Numbered from the stretch's first letter, positions 13,016-25,700 are shown. The stretch: 64,000 bases of DNA from Malacoraja senta (GCA_038087875.1 CM075981.1:52824001-52888000), one strand, 5' to 3'. Translations and numbers: made by a program. The notes: generated by a model not told the origin, from the letters alone.

Positions 13016-13084
13016 ATTTTAATTTGTGGTTTACACGTTATGTAGTGTGTTTCTTATAGTAATTTTTAACACTTGTTGTGATAG

Positions 13085-13259
13085 GCATAGGAATAGAGGC
13101 AAACTGAGTGACCTGGTCGCTGAACATTTGGACCACCTGCATTACCTGAATGATATCCTGACTATTAATTGTGAATTCCTGAATGAAGTGCTAACAGACC
13201 ATCTATTAAACAGACTTTTCCTGCCATTATACGTCTACTCTCTGGTGACTCATGAACAG
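13085..13259 (+). CDS. CLEC16A: CLEC16A coding exon (exon 8 equivalent), 175 nt
   Basis: gatag|G CAT AGG...CAG|gtaaaa. Encodes HRNRGKLSDLVAEHLDHLHYLNDILTINCEFLNEVLTDHLLNRLFLPLYVYSLVTHEQ. Confidence 0.97.
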
Positions 13260-13376
13260 GTAAAACGATATTTGTAAATAATAATTACAGCAACTGAGCA
13301 TTTTTTCTAGAATGTGAGCAAAATTAAAAAAATGGATCTTAAATGATTTATTATATTCCATTGTTAAGGTTCATGT

Positions 13377-13564
13377 GACAATGAAGTCCTATAAATAAAA
13401 TTATCCTAGCTATATAAGGTAGAAGGTGGGAGTGCGCTTTTTTACAAAATATCCTCAGAAAGCACCCTCTGCAAATAGATAAATACAACTTTAGGAAGAT
13501 GTGTAGTGTGGTAGGATTCCTTGGGATTCATTCGCAGGTTTCCATGCCCCTTTTGAACAAAGAG
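13377..13564 (+). repeat. 188-bp direct repeat, copy 1 (flanks an L1 insertion)
   Basis: Matches 14362-14549 with 3 substitutions by eye. Confidence 0.92.
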
Positions 13565-14344
13565 ATTTTTTTTCTTCTTTTTTTAAATTTTGTTTTATAT
13601 TTTTTATTTTATTAGAAGTATTGTACATTACAGTAATCTGCAATAACGTAAGTTTATACTTTTCTTGTACCACTTCTTATTTTAAACTTTAATAAGAGAA
13701 AAGGATAGAAAGAGTTAGTAAAGATAGTAAGTGAGTGATTGAAAGAGTGGTCCAGGAACACCCATATGGACCTAAACCACAAGAAATAGTTTAAAAAAAG
13801 AGAAAAACCAAAAGGAGGAAAAAGAAAAAAGAAAACATAAGATAAGGTTGGACAATATGAAACGGATGTAATTACTTCATATCTTTACTCGCCCCTCGCC
13901 AGGTCCTGAAACCATTTATTATCAACATTTTGTTGCACCCTATGTTTGTAATAAGTCGATAAATGGAGACCAAATCTTTTGGAATTGGTCTAGTTTGCCT
14001 GCTAAGAGAAATCTCATATCTTCTAGGTGTAACAATTCCGACATATTAGAAGTCCACATTTTTGTCGTTGGCGTGGGAGTGTTTTTCCAAAATTTCAGAA
14101 TACGTTTTTTTGTCGTTATTAAGCCATAATTAAGAAAACTCCTTTGAAACGAAGTCAACTCCAAACTTGCTTCTATTGTTCCAAAAATAATCAGTTCTGC
14201 ATTCGGTTTCAGTTTTATTTAAAATAATTTAGTGAAAATTTTAAAAATTTCATTCCAAAATTTTTGGATTTTTATACAAAAAACAAAAGAATGTGCTATA
14301 GTTGCTTCTTGGGTTAGGCATTTATCACAGATAGAAGAGGTATT
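13565..14344 (-). mobile_element. 5'-truncated L1/Tx1-clade LINE (ORF2 C-terminus, 3' UTR and poly-A)
   Basis: T-rich tail at 13565. The minus strand encodes ICDKCLTQEATIAHSF (CCHC knuckle) and ILKFWKNTPTPTTKMW...FQKIWSPF. Homologous to 39690-40092. Confidence 0.88.
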
Positions 14345-14361
14345 AAGAGCATTTTTGAAGA

Positions 14362-14549
14362 GACAATGAAGTCCTATAAATAGAATTATCCTAGCTATAT
14401 AAGGTAGAAGGTGGGAGTGCGCTTTTTTACAAAATATCCTCAGAAAGCACCCTCTGCAAATAGATAAATATAACTTTAGGAAGATGTGTACTGTGGTAGG
14501 ATTCCTTGGGATTCATTCGCAGGTTTCCATGCCCCTTTTGAACAAAGAG
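14362..14549 (+). repeat. 188-bp direct repeat, copy 2
   Basis: Matches 13377-13564. Confidence 0.92.
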
Positions 14550-15033
14550 CATATGCATTTAAATGCTATTTTTTGTTATACTATCTAAGCAGGTTTCTGC
14601 ACTGTTGCTTATGTAGTGAATGGTCCCTTCATTATTTTAAACATCTTCATCATATTCTCTCTCAACATTCTCCCTTTCGCAAAGAACGACCCTGGGCTCT
14701 CCAATCTTTCAGCCCACTGAAAGCCGATTCTTTTAGAATATCCCAAAATATTTCACCACAGATGGTGAAGTCAGTTGCAATAAGAGAAACATTCTGTAGA
14801 GGGAGACATCCGAAACGTTTTTTTCATTTTTTTTAATTGGCATTCACAGAGAACGGCAGATGCTGACATTCTGAGCAAAATTCAAGGTGCTGGAGGAACT
14901 CAGTGGATCAAGCAGCATCTGTAGAGGGAATGGATGTTTCAGATCAGGGATGCTTCTTCAGATTGATTAGAGTATGTGGGAAGAAAGCAGGAAAAGAGTG
15001 AAGGGGCAGTTCAAAGCCTGGAAAATGATAGGT

Positions 15034-18000
15034 AGCGACTCGAGAAACTGCAGATACTGTAGCTCAAGAGGCTAGGCAGCATTGGTGGAAGGAATGGAAA
15101 GGTCCTGACCCGAAACATCATCTATCCTTTCCTTCTGCAATGTGAGAATAGAGAACTAGGTAGGAGGCTGAAAAGCAGGACTTCTGGGGTGGTTATTTCT
15201 GGTTTGCTTCCAGTACCTTGTGCTAGTGAGAGTAGGAACAGGGAGATGGGCGATCTGAATGTGTGGCAGAGAAGTTGGTGCAGGGGGCAGGGGTTTAGAT
15301 TTCTATATTACTGGAATCTCTTCTGGGGCAGGGATGACCTGTACAAAATGGACGGGTTGCACCTTAAATGGAAGGGGACCAACATTCTGGCAGGCAGGTT
15401 TGCTAGTGCTACACGGGTGGGTTTAAACTAAAAAGTGCTGGAGTGAAGTCAACAACGTGGACGCATATCTGTGCAGCTAACGGGAAAGAGAGTGAAGGAA
15501 AGGTCACGTTTAAACTAATAGGGCAGGGGGATGGGAACCAATGCAAGGAGACAGAGGGCCATAAAAGGAGGACAGAAGTAAAAGGTAGAAGGGAGATAAG
15601 AAAAACGAACCTGAAAGCTTTGTGCTTTAATGCGAGGAGCACTCGAAATAAGGTGGATGAATTGAATGCGCAGTTAGTAAAGGGATATGATATAGTTGGA
15701 ATTACGGAGACGTGGCTCCAGGGTGACCAAGGCTGGGAGCTAAACATGCAGGGGTATTCGATATTCAGGAAGGATAGACAGAAAGGAAGAGGAGGTGGGG
15801 TCGCATTGCTGGTTTGAGAGGAGATTAATGCAATAGCAAGGAGGGACATTAGCTTGGATGCTGTAGAATCGGTATGGGTAGAACTGCGAAATAGCCAAGG
15901 GCAGAAAACACAGACCACCAAATACCAGTAGGGAGGTTGGGGAGAGCATCAAGCAGGAAATTAGGAGTATTTCCTGGAATGTATACGAGATGGGTTTTTA
16001 AACCAATATGTAGAGCAACCGACTGGAGGGCAGGCCATCCTAGACTGGGTATTGTGTAATGAGGAAGGATTAGTTAGCGATCTTATTGTGACCATAATAT
16101 GGTGGAATTCTGTATTAGGATGGAGAGTGACACGGTTAATTCAAAGACTAGGGTCCTGAACTTGAATAAAGGAGACTTTGAAGTTATGAGACGGGAATTG
16201 GCTGATAGACTGGCAAATTATACTTAAAGGGTTGACAGTGAAGATGCAATGGCGAAGATTTAAAGACGGCATGGATGAACCCCTGAAATTGTTCAAGCCT
16301 GTCTGGCGAAAAAATAAAACTGGGAAGGCGGCTCAACCGTGGCTGACGAGGGAAGTCGAGGATAGTGTTAAAGCCTAGGAAAAGGCATATAAATTGGCCA
16401 GATGAAGCAGCAAAGCATAGGACTGGGAGAAATTTCCAACTCAACAGAGGAGGACAAAGGAGTTAGATAAGAGGGGGAACAAAGAGCATGAAAGAAAGCT
16501 TACGGGAAATATAATAACTGACTGTAAAATTTTTGTTCGGTATGTAAAAAGGAAAAGATTAGTGAAGACAAATGTAGGTCCCTTACAGTCAGAGACAGGT
16601 GAATTTATAATGGGAAACAAGGAAATGGCAGAATAGTTAAACGAATACTTTGTTTTGTGTCTTCCTTAATGATGACAGAACCAATCTCCCGGATATACTA
16701 GGGGACTGAGGATCTAGTGGGAGGGAGGAGCTGAAGGGAATCCACGTTAGTCAGAAAATAGTGTTAGATAAACTGTTGGGACTGAAGGCAGATAAATCCC
16801 CAGGGCCAGATGGTCTGCATCCCGGAGTACTCAAGGAGGTGGCCCTAGAAATCGTGGAGGCATTGGTGATAATTTTCCCATATTCTCTCGACTCTGGATC
16901 AGTTCCTGTAGACTGGAGGGTAGCCAATGTAATTGAACTTTTTAAGAAAGGAGGGAGAGAGAAAACAGAATTATAGACCAGTTAGCCTTACATCATTAGT
17001 GGGGAAGATGTTGGAGTCGATTATTAAAGATGTTATAGCAGCACATTTGGAAAGCAGTGACAGGATCAGTCAAAGTCAGCATGGATTTATGAAGGGCAAA
17101 TCATGCTTGATTAATCATTTGGAATTTTTTGAGGATGTAACAAAAAGAATGGATAAGGGAGAGCAAGTGGATGTGGTGTATCTGGACTTTCAAAAACCCT
17201 TTGACAAGGTCCCACATGAGATTAGTGTGCAAAATTAGAGCACATGGGAGTAGGGTATTGACATGGATAGAGAACTGGTTGGCAGTTAGGAAGCAAAGAG
17301 TAGGAATTAACGGGTCCTTTTCAGAATGGCAGGCAGTGACTAGTGGGGTGCCGCAAGGCTCGACCTGGGACCCCAGTTGCTTACAATATATATTAACGAT
17401 TTAGATGAGGGAATTAAATGTAACGTCTCTAAGTTTGCAGATGACATAAAGCTGGGTGGCATTGTGAGCTGCGAGGAGGATGCTATGAGGCTGCAGGGTG
17501 CCTTGGGTAGGTTGGGTGAGTGGGCAGAAGCATGGCAGATGCAGTATAATGTGGATAAATGTGAGTTTATCCACTTTGGTGGCAAGAACAGGAAGGCAGA
17601 TTATTATTTGAATGGTCAGATTAGGAGAAGGGGCGGTGCAACGAGACCTGGGTGTGCTTGTACATGAGTCGCTGAAAGTAAGCGTAGGTACAGCAGGTAG
17701 TGAAGAAAGCCAATTAATTGCGAGAGGATTTGAGTTTAGGAGCAAGGAGGTTTTATTGCAGTTGTACAGGGCCCTGGTGAGACCGCACCTGGAGTGTTGT
17801 GTGCAATTTTGGTCTAATTTGAGGAAGAACATTATTGCTATTGAAATGCAGTGTAGGTTCACCAGGTTAATTCCCGGGATGGCGGGACTGACGTATGATG
17901 AAATAATGGGTCGACTGGGCTTGTATTCGCTTTAATTTAGAAAGATGAGATCTTATAGAAACATATTAAATTCTTAGAGGATTGGACAGGGTAGATGCAG

Positions 18001-18377
18001 GAAAAATGTTACCGATGTTGGGGGAGTCCAGAACCAGGGGTCACAGTTTAAGAATAAGGGGTGGACCATTTAGGACAGAGATGAGGAAAAACCTTTTCAC
18101 CCAGAGTTGTGAATTTGTGGAATTCTCTGCCACAGAGGCAGGGGAGACCAATTCACTTGATGTTTTCCAGAGAGAGTTAGATTTAGCTCTTATGGTTAGG
18201 GGAATCAAGGGATATGTGGAAAAAGCATGAACGGGGTACTGATTTTTGATGATCAGCCATGATCGTATTGAATGGCGATGCTGGCTCGAAGGGCCAAATG
18301 GCCTACTCCTGCACCTATTTTCTATGTTTCCACGGATGCTACCTAACCTGCTGAGTTACTCCGCACTATTATTTAAG
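15034..18377. mobile_element. Palindromic Penelope-tail unit split by a CR1 (pieces 15034-15140 and 18331-18377)
   Basis: ...gacccgaaacatc...ccttctgc resumes after the CR1 tail as cacggatgctacctaacctgctgagttactcc. tgataggt is duplicated at 15026-15033 and 18378-18385. Confidence 0.6.
15141..18330 (+). mobile_element. CR1 LINE, 5'-truncated in ORF1 (SGNH esterase), with decayed APE-RT ORF2
   Basis: ISGLLPVP...DGLHL (ORF1); LCFNARS, GITETWL (APE); KSPGPDG, YRPVSLTS, YLDFQK, GVPQGS, KFADD (RT); (ctatgttt) tail. Confidence 0.95.
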
Positions 18378-19130
18378 TGATAGGTCGATATAAGTGAGTG
18401 GAGTGATTGGCAGGTGGGTGAAGTAAGTTGCAAAGTGAGGTGGTGAAAAGGAGACAAAAAGGTATCAAATATGAAGAGAACAGGAGGAGTGAAATGTAAA
18501 GCTGGAGGTCTACAAACCCACTGACTCCCACAGTTACCTTGCCTACACCTCCTCGAACCTTGCATCTTGCAACGATGCCATGTCTTACTCTCAATTTCTC
18601 TGATCTACTGCATCTGCTCCCAAGATGAGGCTTTCCATTCTAGTCCATCACCTTCAGTAAATGTGGTTTTCTCCCATGCCATTTTGGATAAAGCCCTCAC
18701 CTGTGTCTCCTCTGTGTCACATAGTTTTGCTTTCACACCCCCTCCATTCAGAAAGAACAAGGATAGAGTTCCCTTTGTCCCCACCTTTCACCTCACCAGC
18801 CTACAACATATAGTTTTCCAACATTTCTGCTACCTTCAATGTGATCCCACCACCAGTCACATCTCCCAGTCCCCACTCCTTTCCACTTTCAAGAGCATTC
18901 CCTCTGGAACTCCTTAGTTTATTCATCCCCACCCATCCAACCTGCCCCTTCCCTGGTATCCTCGACAACCACAGGAGTTGTAACACCTGTCCCTACACCT
19001 CCTCCCCCACCTCCATTCGTAGGCCCCAGCAGCACTTGCAGGTGAGACAGGTTCATGTGTATCTCCAAACCAAGTCTACTGCATTCGATGCTCCCTGTGT
19101 TGCCTCCTTTGCATCGGTGAGACCAAGCAT

Positions 19131-19727
19131 AGTGAAGGTAATGGGGGTAGCGACAGCGGCCGGGCTTCCGGTACAGAGACCGGCCCTGTTACTCAGAGGG
19201 GTAAGGAAAAGAAGAGGAGGGCAGTAGTAATAGGGGATTCTATAGTTAGGGGGTCAGACAGGCGATTCTGTGGACGCAGTCGGGACACCTGGATGGTAGT
19301 TTGCCTCCCTGGTGCCAGGGTCTGGGATGTGTCTGAACGTGTCCAAGATATCCTCAAATGGGAGGGAGAGGAGCCCGAGGTCATGGTACATATAGGTACC
19401 AATGACATAGGTAGAAAAAGGGAAGTGGTCCTGAAAGGAGAATTTAGGGAGTTAGGAAGAGAGTTAAAGAAATGGACCGCAAAGGTAACAATCTCAGGAT
19501 TACTGCCTGTGCCACGCGACAGTGAGAGTAGGAATGGAGCGAGGTGGAGGATAAATGCGTGGCTGAAGGACTGGTGCAGTGGGCAGGGATTCAAGTTTCT
19601 GGATCATTGGAACCTCTTTTGGGGAAGGTGTGACCTGTACAAAAAGGACGGGTTGCACTTGAACCCGAGGGGGACCAATATCCTGGTGGGGAGATTTGCA
19701 AAGGCTACTGGGGAGACTTTAAACTAG
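19131..19727 (+). pseudogene. CR1 ORF1 SGNH/GDSL esterase domain (partial)
   Basis: GDS, GxND and DGLH blocks of the SGNH fold are in one frame. Confidence 0.88.
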
Positions 19728-19770
19728 AACGGTTGGGGGGAGGGACTCAAATAGAGAAAGCTTGTAGACG

Positions 19771-22700
19771 GTGTGTGAAGCAGGAGGCAGAGAAAGGAAG
19801 CACTCTGTAGAGGGGAAAGAAGAAAAAGATAATAAACAGAGAATAAGAGGTGGTGGGTTTCTTAAATGTGTGAGCAGAGAGACAGAGGGGTGTAAAATGG
19901 TAGAAGCAATAGGTAGCAAGGTGAAAAGTAAAAGTGGTAGGCAGACAAATCCAGGGCAAAAATCAAAAAGGGCCATTTTGCAACATAATTGTATAAGGGG
20001 TAAGAGTGTTGTAAAAACAAGCCTGAAGGCTTTGTGTCTCAATGCAAGGAGCATTCGTAGTAAGGTGGATGAGTTGAATGTGCAGATAGCTATTAATGAC
20101 AATGATATAGTTGGGATCACGGAGACATGGCTCCAGGGTGACCAAGGCTGGGAGATGAACATCCAGGGATATTCAATATTCAGGAGGGATAGACAGAAAG
20201 GAAAAGGAGGTGGGGTAGCGTTGCTGGTTAGAGAGGAGATTAACGCAATAGAAAGGAAGGACATTAGCTTGGAGGATGTGGAATCGATATGGGTAGAGCT
20301 GCGAAACACTAAGGGGCAGAAAACGCTAGTGGGAGTTGTGTACAGGCCACCTAACAGTAGTAGTGGAGTTGGAGATGCCATCAAACAGGAAATTAGAAAT
20401 GCGTGCAACAAAGGTAAAACAGTTATAATGGGTGACTTCAATCTACATATAGATTGGGTGAATCAAATTGGCAGGGGTGCTGAGAAAAAGGATTTCTTGG
20501 AATGTATGCGGGATAGTTTTCTAAATCAACATGTAGAGGAAACAACTAGAGAGCAGGCTATTCTAGACTGGGTATTGAGTAATGAGGAAGGGTTAGTTAG
20601 CAGTCTTGTTGTGCGTGGCCCCTTGGGCAAGAGTGACCATAATATGTTTGAGTTCTTCATTAGGATGGAGAGTGACATAATTAATTCAGAAACAAGGGTT
20701 CTGAACTTAAAGAAAGGTAACTTTGAGGGTATGTGACGTGAATTGGCCAAGATAGACTGGCAATTGATTCTTAAAGGGTTGACGGTGGATATGCAATGGA
20801 AGGCATTTAAAGGCTGCATGGATAAACTACAACAATTGTTCATCCCAGTTTGGCAAAAGAATAAATCAGGGAAGGTAGTGCATCCGTGGATAACAAGGGA
20901 AATCAGGGATCGTATCAAAACAAAAGATGAAGCATACAAATTAGCCAGAAAAAGCAGCCTACCAGAGGACTGGGAGAAATTCAGAGTCCAGCAGAGGAGG
21001 ACAAAGGGTTTAATTAGGAAAGGGAAAATAGATTATGAAAGAAAACTGGCAGGGAACATAAAAACTGACTGCAAAAGTTTTTATAGATATGTGAAGAGAA
21101 AAAGATTAGTTAAAACAAATGTAGGTCCCTTGCAGTCAGAAACAGGTGAATTGATCATGGGGAACAAGGACATGGCAGACCAATTGAATAACTACTTTGG
21201 TTCCGTCTTCACTTAGGAAGACTTAATTAATCTGCCGGAAATAGCAGGGGACCGGGCGTCAAATGAGATGGAGGAACTGAGTGCAATCCAGGTTAGCCGG
21301 GATTGGTGTTAGGTAAATTGAATTGATTAAAGGCCGATAAATCCCCAGGGCCAGATAGGCTGCATCCCAGAGTACTTAAGGAAGTAGCCCCAGAAATAGT
21401 GGATGCATTAGTGATAATTTTTCAAAACTCTTTAGATTCTGGAGTAGTTCCTGAGGATTGGAGGGTAGCTAATGTAACCCCACTTTTTAAAAAGGGAGGG
21501 AGAGAGAAAACGGGGAATTACAGACCAGTTAGTCTAACATCGGTGGTGGGGAAACTGCTAGAGTCAGTTATTAAAGATGGGATAGCAGCACATTTGGAAT
21601 ATGGTGAAATCATTGGACAAAGTCAGCATGGATTTATGAAAGGTAAATCATGTCTGACGAATCTTATAGAATTTTTCGAGGATGTAAATAGTAGTGGATA
21701 AGGGAAAACCAGTGGATATGTTATATCTGGACTTTCAGAAGGCTTTCGACAAGGTCCCACATAAGAGATTAATATACAAACTTAAAGCACACGGTATAGG
21801 GGGTTCAGTATTGATGTGGATAGAGAACTGGCTGGCAGACAGGAAGCAAAGAGTAGGAGTAAACGGGTCCTTTTCAGAATGGCAGGCAGTAACTAGTGGG
21901 GTACCGCAAGGCTCAGTGCTGGGACCCCAGCTATTTACAATATATATTAATGATTTGTACGAGGGAATTGAATGCAACATCTCCAAGTTTGCGGATGACA
22001 CAAAGCTGGGGGGCAGTGTTAGCTGTGAGGAGGGTGCTAGGAGGCTGCAAGATGACTTGGATAGGCTGGGTAAGTGGGCAAATGCATGGCAGATGCAGTA
22101 TAATGTGGATAAATGTGAGGTTATCCACTTTGGTGGCAAAAACAGGAAAGTAGACTATTACCTGAATGGTGGCCGATTAGGAAAAGGGGAGATGCAACGA
22201 GACCTGGGTGTCATGGTACACCAGTCATTGAAAGTAGGCATGCAGGTGCAGCAGGCAGTGAAGAAAGCGAATGGTATGTTAGCATTCATAGCAAAAGGAT
22301 TTGAGTATAGGAGCAGTTCTACTGCAGTTGTACAGGGTCTTGGTGAGACCACACCTGGAGTATTTCGTACAGTTTTGGTCTCCTAATCTGAGGAAGGACA
22401 TTCTTGCCATTGAGGGAGTACAGAGAAAGTTCACCAGACTGATTCCTGGGATGTCAGGACTTTCATATGAAGAATGACTGGATAGACTCAGCTTGTACTC
22501 GCTAGAATTTAGAAGATTGGGGGGGGATCTTATAGAAACGTACAAAATTCTTAAGGGGTTGGACAGGCTAGATGGAGGAAGATTGTTCCCGATGTTGGGG
22601 AAGTCCAGAACAAGGGGTCACAGTTTAAGGATGAAGGGGAAATCTTTTAGGACTGAGATGAGAAAAACATTTTTTACACAGAGAGTGGTGAATCTCTGGA

Positions 22701-22813
22701 ATTCTCTGCCACAGAATGTAGTTGAGGCCAGTTCATTGGCTATATTTAAGAGGGAGTTAGATGTGGCTAAAGGGATCAGGGGGTATGGAGAGAAAGCAGG
22801 TACAGGATACTGA
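19771..22813 (+). pseudogene. CR1 ORF2 endonuclease / reverse transcriptase (disrupted)
   Basis: APE (NARS, ETW, YRPP, MGDFN, SDH) and RT (DFQKAFD, GVPQGSVLGP, FADD) motifs, with in-frame stops at 20734 and 21214 plus frameshifts. Confidence 0.93.
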
Positions 22814-23195
22814 GTTGGATGATCAGCCATGATCATATTGAATGGCGGTGCAGGCTCGAAGGGCCGAATGGCCTACTCCTGCACCTATTTTCTATGTTAC
22901 TATGTTTCTATAATCACCAAGGCCTGTTGGATTTCACGGTTGTTAACCATTTTAACGGCCCTTCGCATTCCCATTCTGACCTTTCTGCTCTTTGCCTCCT
23001 CCATTGCTAGAGTGAGGTCACACACAAACGAGAGGAACAGCACCTCTTATTCCATGTGATTATTTTACATCCCAATAATACTGATGTTGAATTCTCCAAT
23101 GTCAAGTCATACCACTGACTCCTGCCTGTACACATTTCTTACTCCAGCCTCCCCAGTCACCGTATTCCTTTCCCTCCTTCCCACATTCACTGATG

Positions 23196-23507
23196 ATGTA
23201 GTGGTGCAGCTGTAGAGCTGCTGTCTCCCTGCATCTGAGACCAGGGTTCGATCCTCACCTCGGGTGCAATCTATAAGGAGTTGGCATGTTCGCCCTATGA
23301 CTGCGTAGGTGTCTCCCGAGTGCGGTCGTTTCTTCCCTCATCCTAAAGATGAGTTACTAGATTAATTGGCTACTGTAAATTGTCCTTTGTGAGTGAGGGG
23401 TGAAATCTGAGGGAGAGTAAAGTGGGATTAATGTCAGATTACCGTAAAGGGAGGTTGATGGCTGGCGTGGTCTTGATGGGCTGAAGGGCCTGTTTCTGTC
23501 CTGTATG
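23196..23507 (+). mobile_element. tRNA-derived V-SINE (HE1-like)
   Basis: A-box-like gtggtgcagctg at 23201, B-box ggttcgatcc at 23245-23254, V-domain ggagttggcatgttc, and a CR1-type tail gggctgaagggcctgtttctgtcctgta. Confidence 0.85.
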
Positions 23508-24312
23508 CCACAGACACTTGCGTCCCATCGCCGAATCTCCTATTTCCCTATTATTCACTCCTTTCCCCCCCCACCAACACTTCCATCCATATCCCTCTCT
23601 CTGACTTTACATGTTTCTCCTCCTTTTCTCTCCTTTATCTGGCATCCTTTTGTTTGCGTTTCACTTCTAGCCTTTGTCACTTGCTCCATCCATCTGCCAA
23701 TCACCCCCTCACCTGTATCACAGCCAGTATTTGACCCGCCCCTGTCTTTCTTTTCAACCTTGCTTTCTTCCCCCCTCCCACCCCCCCTAGTCCAATCAGT
23801 TCTGACCTAAAATATCATATGTCCATTCCCTCCACAGATGTTCCTCCGCTGAGTTCCCGAACCACTGTGTTTTATGCCAAGCTCTGCTGTCTTCCCATGC
23901 ATGATATTGCAGATCTTTCAGTTGTGTACGAGCTAAACTTGAGTAACATTTTGTTAGAAGATGGTGATTGGCAGAATATTTGATTGTTAAAGTTTGTTTC
24001 TGTAGCTAAACATGATGTCGGGGTTTGGATGCCAAGATATTATTTATCTCCATTGAAAAATGGTGTTTCTCCTTCAATGTATAATATTCATTTGTTCATA
24101 CTACTGAAATCGTTGATTCTTTAATGCAGGCAATTTTGTCAAAACATTTATTCTTGACTTGTAAGAAATAGAATATGAGTTTGTGCAAGGAACTGAAGTG
24201 CAATTAAGTACCTACCAAAATGACCAGAATTATATTCATATAAATTATATGTTGCTGACAAGAAAATGTGTTCATATTTCAAAATGATAACTCAAAATGT
24301 ATTGTTTTCCAG

Positions 24313-24366
24313 TGTGGTGATCGTCCAAAGATCAGCCGTCAAGCTTCATTATATCTCCTTTCACAG
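24313..24366 (+). CDS. CLEC16A: CLEC16A coding exon (exon 9 equivalent), 54 nt
   Basis: ttttccag|TGT...CAG|gtatgc. Encodes CGDRPKISRQASLYLLSQ (human GGERPKISLPVSLYLLSQ). Confidence 0.95.
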
Positions 24367-25610
24367 GTATGCAAATGTAATCTTTCATCCCAGAGTGTCT
24401 GGTTTTTAATGATACAGGATTTGTAGTCAGCAGCACTTGCTTGGTGTTGACATATTTCGAAGAAATCTAGAAACTATTCTTTCTGCAACAATATTGGGAA
24501 AAGACTTGAAGGATCATTTGTAGATTGGCTGTGGGATGAATATGAAAGAAACATAACATAATGTGTTCAAAGTTACTCGTATCAGCAAAGCAAAAGAGTG
24601 TCGGCTGAATCAAAGCCAACCCAAGCCTGAATGATTCTGAGAAATGTGAGCGCAGGAATTGATTAGTTAAGAAGAATGTGCAGACAAGTTTTCTGCTTTG
24701 AATTTGATGATTATTATATTTAAAGTTGAAATTATAAAGGAGAATGTTTTTGTCCAGTTTAAAGACAGCCTTTCGTATCTAATTTGCATTGCAGCCAAAT
24801 CATGTGGCTTTTAGCTCCCTGTGTCTAGGTTCGTTTCTTAAAAAGCAGATAGCAACAAAAACTGTTCAAGGTAAACCGTGGCAATCTTTAATTGATTCGT
24901 CAGACGGGAGTGGCACAAACGTTGCTCAGTGCTTCTCGCGCTCCACTCACAGAACAAAGGAGAGTTAGCACAATTATACATTTTTCTTATCAGTAAAACA
25001 CTCCTACCAAGTCTGAATATGGCATGACTGAAAGATTCTGTAGCCTTTCACAATATAGGAAAGCTGGGTCCAAATCAAGCTCATCCAATAACAAGTTATT
25101 ACTTATCTCTGGAGTGTCAGCTATTTTTTTCAATCTTGGCTTCTTTATGTCTTTGAAAAGAAGTACATGTTAGTACTGCAGGCTGCCATCTTAATGTCTT
25201 TATTGAAAAGACAACCTGTTGTGTTCCATATTGTGTTCCATATAATTTTCAACGTCATTCAGACTTGGCACCAAGCCATTCTTTTGTTCTACTAGTCCAT
25301 GCTTTTGTAGAAGAATGACTCCATTTTAGATTTGACTATACGATTTGACTATTAGCTCTTTCACCTGTATATCAGTAGTAGGTCTTGGTTATGCAGTACA
25401 GAGGAATGATTAACACTTGCAAGTATCATGATATTTAGAAAAAAGCCAATAGCCACAATGACTTATTTATGGAGGAATCCTTGTGGTTTCTGAGATAAGG
25501 CTAGAGGTTACATGATGATAAAAGTACAAAACTAAAGACTTTGTATCGGAATACATGTAGAATTTTAAATAAAGAAAACAAATTGAATTCAAATAGAAAT
25601 AAATGGATTG

Positions 25611-25659
25611 TGTTACTGAGTTACTCTGCTGAGTTACTCCAACATTTTGTGTCGAACAG
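25611..25659 (+). mobile_element. 49-bp Penelope-tail remnant with 17-bp TSD
   Basis: ctgctgagttactccaacattttgtgtc flanked by tagaaataaatg(g/a)attg at 25594-25610 and 25660-25676. Confidence 0.75.
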
Positions 25660-25700
25660 TAGAAATAAATGAATTGATGGCTGAGGTAGAGATGTGGCTA

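Larger units (their letters stand above)
19131..22908 (+). mobile_element. Long CR1 LINE with SGNH ORF1 and APE-RT ORF2, few disabling mutations
   Basis: ORF1 VVIGDSIVRG...HIGTNDIG...DGLHLN ends at 19727. ORF2 pieces at 19771-20736, 20743-21216, 21399-21701, 21694-22386 and 22493-22813. (ctatgttt)n tail. Confidence 0.96.
14845..23890 (+). mobile_element. 5'-truncated Penelope-like element with an inverted 5' tail arm, hosting four nested insertions
   Basis: Inverted arm at 14845-15033 plus 18378-18509. The body starts at about 18510 (YKPTDSHSYL), includes KDRVPFVPTFH, CNTCPYT and a GIY-YIG IGETK segment near 19110, resumes at 22910-23190, and ends in a pyrimidine-rich tail at 23506-23890. 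Confidence 0.72.

Noticed and set aside
13377-14549. LTR element or TRIM bounded by 188-bp LTRs
   Set aside because: There are no TG...CA ends, PBS or PPT, and the interior is an L1 3' end with poly-A.
19719-22139. Minus-strand ORFs of 240, 137 and 134 aa
   Set aside because: They are antisense to CR1 ORF2, a common artefact.
23196-23270. tRNA gene
   Set aside because: The A/B boxes belong to a SINE head that continues into a V-domain and a LINE-derived tail.
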